A DNA stretch of 55,348 nucleotides from assembly GCF_006345805.1 (NCBI RefSeq), contig NW_021833798.1:1-55348 (forward strand). The letters run 5' to 3'. A program made the position numbers and the translations under genes. The stretch's first letter is position 1. The number at the start of each line of letters is the position of its first letter. The notes beneath the pieces are model-generated. The model was not told the DNA's origin, did not search any database, and worked only from the letters and a program-made list of their open reading frames with translations. This stretch comes from Octopus sinensis (lineage: Eukaryota). Shown piece after piece: positions 46,788 through 55,348 of this stretch.

Positions 46788-47663
46788 TTATATATATAAC
46801 GTTTAGTACTTCGTTGCAGTCGAGGGTTACCAATTGTAACGGCTAAACAATAGGATGGAACGTCGGAATGGTCGCCAATTGTAAAAGTTTGTTCTTAAGG
46901 TTTTGGTTGCCAGTGTGCAAGATGGAAGAACAGTGATTGAAGCTGTAAAGAAATATTTATTTACCGTTACTTTGTATATATCCTGAACCACGACGGGTCG
47001 ATGTGTATAATTAGTAAATAGAAAAGCATGCGCGGTAAAAAGAGTTAATTTCCGCCGGTCTTGTGTACACGTTCTCATAGTAGAATATATAGAGAGAGAT
47101 GGTAAAGTTACAGAGAAAAGAAATTTACGCCACCGATAGTTGTTGTTAACAAACAACGGCAGTAATTTTATTCAGCTGAATACACGTCATTGATTGGTTG
47201 AAATTACCGAAATACGACAACTTTAGCAAGAAATAACTTCCAAAATACTGAATTTTCTCAACAACGCCAAGAGTAAAATATGTTTTATGTGACACATTCT
47301 ACAAGTATACTTGTTTCTACAAGTTTGAAAGTATTTAGTTACAAAATCATTTTTTAAAAAAATCTGTCGGTCAAAAGGTAAAGATCCGGACGTAGTAATT
47401 GTTTTTAGACGGGGGTCACCAGTGTAATCAATGGATGTGAGAACTGTTCATGTGAAGGTGAAGGCCGCAGTTCTTTAACTCGGAGTCACCAATTGTAATC
47501 GATGCCTGTTATGGTGCAACCTCGGGATCACCAATGTGTAACGGTTAGTTCATCGTTGCTGTCAAGAGTAACCAATTGTAACGGTTAAACAATAGGATGG
47601 AATATCGCAGTCGTCACCAATTGTAAAGGTTTGTTGTTAAGGTGTTGGCAAACGTAACTACTG

Positions 47664-48420
47664 TGGAGTGGCTGTGTGGTAAGTAGCTTGCTTACCAACC
47701 ACACAGTTCCGGGTTCAGTCCCACTGCGTGGCACCTTGGGCAAGTGTCTTCTACTATAGCCTCGGGCCAACCAAAGCCTTGTGAGTGGATTTGGTAGACG
47801 GAAATTGAAAGAAGCCCGTCGTATAGGCGCAGGAGTGGCTGTGTGGTAAGTAGCTTGCTAACCAACCACACGGTTGCGGGTTCAGTCCCCTGCGTGGCAT
47901 CTTGGGCAAGTGTCTTCTACTATAGCCCGGGCCGACCAATGCCTTGTGAGTGGATTTGGTAGACGGAAACTGAAAGAAGCCTGTCGTGTATTGTATATAT
48001 ATGTATATGTGTGGTTGGTGTGTCTGTGTTTGTGTTTGTCCCCCTAGCATTGCTTGACAACCAATGCTGGTGTGTTTACGTCCCGTCACTTAGCGGTTCG
48101 GCAAAAGAGACCGATAGAATAAGTACTAAAAGGTGGTGCTCCAGCATGGCCGCAGTCAAATGACTGAAACAAGTTAAAAGAGTAAAGAGAGAGAGAGTAT
48201 ATATATGTGTGTGTGTGTGTGTGTCTGTGTTTGTCTCCCCAACATCGCTTGACAACCGATGCTGGTGTGTTTACGTCCCCGTTACTTAGCGGTTCGGCAA
48301 AAGAGACCGATAGGATAAGTACTAGGCTTACAAAGAATAAGTCCCGGGGTCGATTTGCTCGACTAAAAGGCGGTGCTTCAGCATGGCCGCAGTCACATGA
48401 CTGAAACAAGTAAAAGAGTA
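47664..48420 (+). mobile_element. Tandem or partially duplicated SINE A cluster (two heads, two tails)
   Basis: Family homology. Confidence 0.75.
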
Positions 48421-48629
48421 CTGTCACTCACAGAAAAAAACTATTGTTTTACCGTGAGAAAAGTGGTGTTGAATCGTTAAGGGAAATTTGGCAATTGAGG
48501 ATCGAATCCATGCTATTCCTACATGAAGCCACAACACACACACACACGCACACAAAGAAACAAACACACACATAAATATATATGTAGAAGGTTGAAAAGG
48601 AAGACACGAGTTGATATATATGGGAAAAG

Positions 48630-48823
48630 AAAGTCAAGGTAGAAAATGCTAAAATAATTTTATAAAAAAACATTTGAGTACCGGTTTCAGTCATAGAGAC
48701 ATTTTCAACTTTTTTCCAAAATTTAATTGTTTTCCTTACTTACAGTTGAAAGACTCTCAATGACTGAAACCGGTACTCAAATGTTTTTTATAAAATTATT
48801 TTAGCATTTTCTACCTTGACTTT
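48630..48823. repeat. Foldback element with ~65-bp near-perfect inverted arms
   Basis: 48630-48694 versus 48760-48823 differ by a single 1-nt homopolymer indel; a further 8-bp pairing at 48703-48710/48744-48751. Confidence 0.85.
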
Positions 48824-50093
48824 TATTGGATGGCTGTTAACTCTCAAGAGTTCCTCCGCCCTTTGACGGGTTTTGTTTTTCATCCCGCCGGGTGTCCAAT
48901 AAACACCCTCCTCACCAAGCAAGCTTGGTGGGGTTGCCGGGTTAGTCGCCGACGACCCGACCATGCAACAGGTTGTACTGGGTTACATACATACATGCAT
49001 TCATACAGGCAAGCAGGCAGATTGTCAGAAAGATTCATGTGCTGCACACTTAAATGCATAAATATGCAATGTAGCAAAGTGACATGTAAAGACATTTTGA
49101 CAGAAAATGATTTAGGTGTATCTGTCGATGTAGATGTGTTTCTTCGAGTGATTACATGATATATCTCGTCAAAACAACGTCTGTCCTTTGAGGGATCGAT
49201 GCTAGATAAGTCAAAACAGTTGTAGTGATCAATAAATTTGATCGTACCTTCCATCTTTAGTTTCTCTCATTAATCAAATACACACACACACACACATATA
49301 TATTACTGATCATGGCCGGTTTATAGGGTAACCGCCCTTCACCGGTAATTGATATAGACTGCTCTACTTCTTAGAGTTTGCGTTTCTTCTCCGGACTTAT
49401 GATTTTGTAAAAAAAAAACAATATATATATATATATATATTAATAAATAAAACATATGCATATATATATACATATATGTACGTACCTACCTCTACATGTA
49501 TTTATACACGCATATATGAGTACAGGACACAAAAAAAAAAAACGTCGAACACAATGAGAAACGAAAACATAGACACAAACCCAAGGAACTGGACATTTTT
49601 CTTTAAAAAATAAAAACAGAGTACAGGACAAATAACACAAGGAAAAAACCCCTTCTTCAGTTGCCATGGTTTCATCTACTCTAATTTTCGAAGGTGAAGG
49701 CGAGACGTATCTTCGATAGAAACTTTCCTTCCTGCGAAAAGCAAATCAAATAAAATTTGAGATCTTTTTGCGGAGGGGTAAAAATGGTAACAAAAAAGGA
49801 CAGTAACGACAGTACAAAATATAAACAGTAAAAGACAGGACAAGGAGAATAACAAGACAAGAAGGGCTGATAAGCCGAACGAGAAAAAGTATTACGAACG
49901 CTATTTTTGAGAACGGCGAAGGAGCAACAGAAAATGCCGTCTACACTTCAAGGAAGTCAGGCCAGAAAGACAGTAGCAGAGCTCATGTATATATATGTAT
50001 TTGTATGCATGTATATACGTATGTATGCATGTTTGTGTGTGTGTATATATATATTATGTATGTATATATGTACGTGTGTCTCTATGTGTATAT

Positions 50094-51078
50094 GTTAGTT
50101 AGTTAATTTGGCTCAAAAGCAAATAGCAAGGCCATGTAGGGGGACATGGAGTTAAGTACAGGGTGGTGTTCATGTAAAGAGTTCAGGCCACTTGAGGTCC
50201 AGGGAGGCTTTGAACAAAGCGGTCGTCGGCATCTTCACCATCTCGTCTGGCAGCTTGTTCCACGGATCCGCAACCCGGACGGAGAAAGCTCCCTCCTTCG
50301 ATTGAGATGAAATCGTCGCAGGTAGAGCTTTTCGGAATGACCCCGCAGCCGACGCTCTGGAGCAGGAGTGAAGAACAGCTCTTTCGAGAGGTTACACTTT
50401 CGCTTATGATGTTGTGGGCGAGAATGAGATCACCACGGCGGCGGCGTTTTTTCAAGAGAATAAAGGTCGAGCGTCCTCAGCCTTCTTCGTAGGACAAATT
50501 TTTGAGACCATGAACCATGCGGGTAGCCAGCTTCTGGACTCTTTCGAGATGCTGTATGTCTTTGAGGAGATAAGGAGAAGAGGCTTGAATCCCATACTCC
50601 AATATGGGTCTCACCAGCGTGACATAGAGTGGTAGGAATATGGCTGCTGTGAGCATTCCGAATGACCGTCGAATCAAGAACAGAATTCCGCGTGCTTTGT
50701 TGGCAGCATGGACGCACTGGGCCGAAGGCGAAAAGGAGGAATCCACCAAGATACCCAGGTCCTTTACCTGATCGGTCCTCTCCAGCAGCAGACGACCCGG
50801 CTCGAAATCAAGTTGAGTTGCAGGAGTAGAGCCGACAGGCAGATGACAGCACTTTGACACGTTCAGACACAGGTTCCAATCGTTAGACCACTTCCAAATT
50901 TGGTGGAGGCATCGACGAAGATCCTCTATATTACCGCGAGGAGCGACCAGTTTGATATCGTCGGCAAATAGAAGGGTGTGTTGCGTGAGGTCGTCGGGCA
51001 AGTCATTTATGAAGACTAAGAACAACAAGGGCCCAAGCACTGAACCTTGAGGCACGCCACTGCTCGCACTGGAGACGT
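50094..51078 (-). mobile_element. 5'-truncated CR1/L2-like LINE RT fragment (different family from 30355-34470)
   Basis: Translation SGVPQGSVLGPLLFLVFINDL..LFADDIKL..VRPILEYG..LERVQKLATR; (TAAC)n tail near 50094. Confidence 0.88.
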
Positions 51079-51373
51079 CGGTGTCTATGTATGTGTGTGT
51101 ATGTATGTATGTATGCATGCATATATGCATGTATGTATACCTGTATGTATGTATGTTTGTGAGTGTGCACACTTTCGTGCGTGTGTAGGTATGTTTGTGT
51201 CTTTGCGCATATGTTTGCACTATCGATTCCGCTTGGCAATCAGTATTGGTTTGTTTACACCTCCGTAACTTAGCGGTCCGGCAAAACAGAAGCCAATAAG
51301 AATGGGTTCCAGGCCTTGAAAAACAAAAACAACAACAACAACAATAATGATAATATTAATAATAATAATCAAA

Positions 51374-51785
51374 TAGGCGCAGGAGTGGCTGTGTGGTAAG
51401 TAGCTTGTTTACCACCACATGGTTCCGGGTTCAGTCTCACTGCGTGGCACCTTGGGCAAGTGTCTTCTACTATAGCCTCGGGCCGACCAATGCCTTGTGA
51501 GTGGATTTGGCAGACGGAAACTGAAAGAAGCCCGTCATATATATGTATATATATATATATATGCGTGTGTGTGTTGGGTGTCTGTGTTTGTCCTCCCAAC
51601 ATCGCTTGACAACCGATGCTGGTGTGTTTACGTTGCCGTAAGTTAGCGGTTTGGCAAAAGACACCGATAGAATAAGTACTGGGCTTACACAGAATAAGTC
51701 CAGGGGTCGATTTGCTCGACTAAAGGCTGTGCTCCAGCATGGCCGCAGTCAAATGACTGAAACAAGTAAAAGAGTAAAGAGTAAT
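51374..51785 (+). mobile_element. SINE family A
   Basis: Full head-to-tail homology. Confidence 0.8.
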
Positions 51786-52000
51786 AATAATAATAATAAT
51801 AATAAATAATAATAATAATAATCAAGTAGTGTGGTCAATTTTTTCGACTAAACCCTTCAAGGCGGTGTCCCCAGCGTGACGGCAATCTAATGAATAAATC
51901 AAGCAGAAAATAATAGAAATATGTTTGTGTGCTTACATATATATATATATAGATATCTTTCTTTCTCTTTCTCTCTCTCTCTTTCCTCTCTCTCTCTTTC

Positions 52001-52034
<34 letters not shown>

Positions 52035-52125
52035 CACACACACATACACTATACATACAGTAGCTGTCTCTGAATAGATATAAATATTATACTCCTAGTT
52101 CCGTAAACACACACGTAAATGTATG

Positions 52126-52205
<80 letters not shown>

Positions 52206-52398
52206 TAGAGATAAATATACATGTGATTGGTGTGTGTGTGTTGTGTATATATATATATATATATATATTATTTATACACGCACACACAATCACATGTAGA
52301 TGTAGTTTTATCGCTCACATTTAAATTGTGCTGTCAAGCTTTCCCGCTATATAAACACACATACGCTGACATTCTCTCACGCTTTTGATATATATATA

Positions 52399-52483
<85 letters not shown>

Positions 52484-52804
52484 ATGTGTATACATACATG
52501 AATTTATTAAATATATGTATACACATATTTATGTATATGCATACACACATATGTGTATGTGTGTCTATATATACACATATATACAGACATACATATATAT
52601 GTATGTGTATATATGTATATGTATAAATACATATATGTCCATTCGTGTATACACACCTCTTCTCATATCTTTTCTCACGCTCTCTCTCCCACTCACACGC
52701 ACATTCAGATACACACGCACACTCACACTCACATACACACCTACACTCACACTCATACTCGCGCACTGACCCCTACTTAAACATTAACAGCCCCCTCTAG
52801 CTAT

Positions 52805-52851
<47 letters not shown>

Positions 52852-52999
52852 CATATATATACTCTTTTTTTCTGTAATTCAATAAACATGCACCATCTTT
52901 CCCCCAATCATTCATATTTAGTCTTTCTCTTTCTATCTCTCACCCCCCGTTCTCCATTCCTTACTTTCACTTATCAATCTCTATATATTCTTTACTTTC

Positions 53000-53120
53000 A
53001 CCACCTGGTCTGTCTGTCCCTCTCTCTCTCTCTATCTATATCTATCTGTCTGTCTATCTACCTATCTATCTATCTATCTATCTATATATCTATCTATCTA
53101 TCTATCTATCTATCTGTCTA

Positions 53121-53152
<32 letters not shown>

Positions 53153-53252
53153 AACAATCTATCTATCTATCTATCTTCTATCTATCTATCTAGCTTCTCT
53201 ATCTGTCTATCTGTCTGTCACTCTATTATCTATCTATTTATCTATCTATCTA

Positions 53253-53295
<43 letters not shown>

Positions 53296-53352
53296 ATCTG
53301 TCTATCTGTCTATCTGTCACTCTATCTATCTCATTTCTTATATAGATCTATC

Positions 53353-53394
<42 letters not shown>

Positions 53395-53404
53395 CTATCT
53401 ATCT

Positions 53405-53447
<43 letters not shown>

Positions 53448-53450
53448 GTT
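53000..53450. repeat. (TATC)n/(TA)n microsatellite block
   Basis: Visible directly. Confidence 0.92.
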
Positions 53451-54699
53451 TAAGTGTTTAGTTTTAGTTTAATAGAACTTGTCTGCCGTTCAAAAAAGAT
53501 CCTATTATATAATTAAATATATATATATATATAATATACTTCAGTGTAATTTTCTTTCTCTCTGTCTCTATCTCTTTCTCTCTCTTTTATTATCTTCACT
53601 TAAGTTAACCTCTGTCACTTCCTATCCTTCACTCACTTTACCCACTCCCTCTCTCTCTCTCTCTCTCTCTTTTATCCTTCACATTATCCTCTCTTTCGCT
53701 CACTCATTTACATACACCCTCTCTCTCTCCCACACTTTCTTTCTATCCTTCACTTACATCACCTCCGTCTTCCCCCCTCTCGTTGACATTCGCCCCTTTC
53801 ATCACCTAGTTCCTTCCTTCCTTTCCTATTGTCTCTCACACTATTTCATTGACCTCTTCTTTCACTCTACTGTTTAACCTTCTCCCTCTCTCTTTCTCTT
53901 TCTGTCTTATTCTTTCTCTCAAGCCTCCCCTTCACCCTGTCTTTCCTTATTCCTTTTGTCTTTCTGTCATCTGTTGTGGCTCTCTCTCTCCTTATCTCTG
54001 CTTCTGTCTTTCTTTGTATCCCCCTCTCTCCCTCTCTTTATTCCTCATGCTTCTTCTCTTTATCCTCTACTGTCTCCCTCCCTCCTTATTAACTGTCATT
54101 GCCCCTCTCTTTCTCTTTTATGTCTTTCTCTCTGCCATGTATCTCTTACTTTACCCCCCCACCGTCTTTTGTCATCTATTGTCTCCCTCTTTTTCTCTCA
54201 ACTCATACTCCCTCTTCTCACTCATGTACAAACTCTTCCCCCCTCTCTCGATATCACTGACGACACTCCTCCTCTCCCTACCCCTCTTCCTTATCCCCGG
54301 TCCTCTATTTTTCCCACCAAACGCTATTTTCTTCCTTCCATCCTCCCCATCAGCACAAACACCCTCTCTTTCTCTTGTCTTCATTTATTCTCTCACTCTC
54401 TCTCTCTCTGACATTCTCTTGACTCTTACTTCTACTCCTCCTTTTGTCTCTCTTTTCCTGTCTTTCACCTTCTCTCACTTTCTCTGTCATACCCCTCTCG
54501 CTTTCTCTTACTATTTCACCATTCTCTCTCCTTTTCTCTCAGTGCATCATCCGCTCTCCCTTTCTTCTCCTCTTTTCCTTTGTCGACTCTGTCGTCCTCT
54601 TTGTCTTCTCTCTGCTCACTCTCTCTATTTACATACGATTCCCCCTCAGTATTCCTTTCTCTCCGTCGTTCCTTTTCCCTTCGCCTATACCTCTGCCTA

Positions 54700-55348
54700 T
54701 CTCTCTTTCTCTCACTATATCATCCCTCTCTCTTACTTTCTCTTACTATATCCCACCTCTTCCTCTTTCTGTCATCCCCTCTCTCTCACTCTCTGTCTCT
54801 CACTATATCATCCCTCTCTCTTACTTTCTCTTACTATATCGCACCTCTTCGTTCTTTCTGTCATCCTCTCTCTTTCACTCTCTGTCTCTCACTATATCAT
54901 CCCTCTCTCTTACTTTCTCCTACTATATCGCACCTCTTCGTTCTTTCTGTCGTCCTCTCTCTCTCAGGCTCTGTCTCTCACTATATTATTCCTCTCTCTT
55001 ACTTTCTCTCACGTCTTCGTTTTTTCTGTCATCCTCTCTCTCTTTCTCTGTCTCTCACTATATCATCCCTCTCTCTTACTTTCTCTTACTATATTTCCAC
55101 CTATTCGTTCTTTCTGTCATCCTCTCTCTGTCTCTCACTTTGTGTCTCTCACTATATCATCCCTCTCTCTTACTTTCTCTTACTATATCGCACCTCTTCG
55201 TTCTTTCTGTCATCTCCTCTCTCTCTCACTATATCATCCCTCTCTCTTACTATATCACACCTCTTCGTTCTTTCTGTCATCCTCTCTTTCTCTGTCTCTC
55301 ACTATATCATCCCTCTCTCTTACTTTCTCTTACTACATCGCACCTCTT
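54700..55348 (+). repeat. Pyrimidine-rich ~88-bp tandem repeat, at least 7 copies, running off the window end
   Basis: CACTATATCATCCCTCTCTCTTACTTTCTC landmark at ~54713, 54801, 54890, 54979, 55056, 55150, 55227 and 55300. Confidence 0.85.

Noticed and set aside
49640-49740. Fourth hammerhead motif (CTGAAGA on the minus strand)
   Set aside because: No correctly placed stem II plus GAAA; too degenerate to call.

Overview
AT-rich, microsatellite- and transposon-laden eukaryotic DNA, most likely from an octopus (inferred from the tRNA-headed SINE families and repeat landscape; not verified by search). The one host gene I can support is on the + strand and has six coding exons: 5399-5626, 9317-9605, 14031-14591, 16380-16504, 22765-22999 and 25010-25116. 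All introns are GT-AG with matching phases (0,1,1,0,1), giving 1545 nt or 514 aa. The protein has a signal peptide, an uncharacterised ~150-aa domain (possibly lysozyme-like), a VWA domain with intact MIDAS motif, an N-glycosylated C-terminal domain and a probable GPI-anchor signal. The main finding is in intron 4: ~5.5 kb of it is a ~93-copy tandem array of a 59-bp unit made of the gene's own exon-5 splice acceptor (26 nt) plus the first 11 codons of exon 5 (33 nt). The real exon therefore lies behind dozens of near-identical decoy acceptors, each of the AG|GT (recursive-splice-like) type, and each would give a truncated protein if used as an ordinary exon start. The rest of the window is mobile DNA: a near full-length CR1-like LINE with a PHD-like ORF1, a decayed Penelope-like element, minimal hammerhead-ribozyme motifs, RTE LINE fragments, four SINE families, non-autonomous Helitrons, MITEs and long simple repeats. 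Most ORFs in the supplied track are artefacts of repeats.
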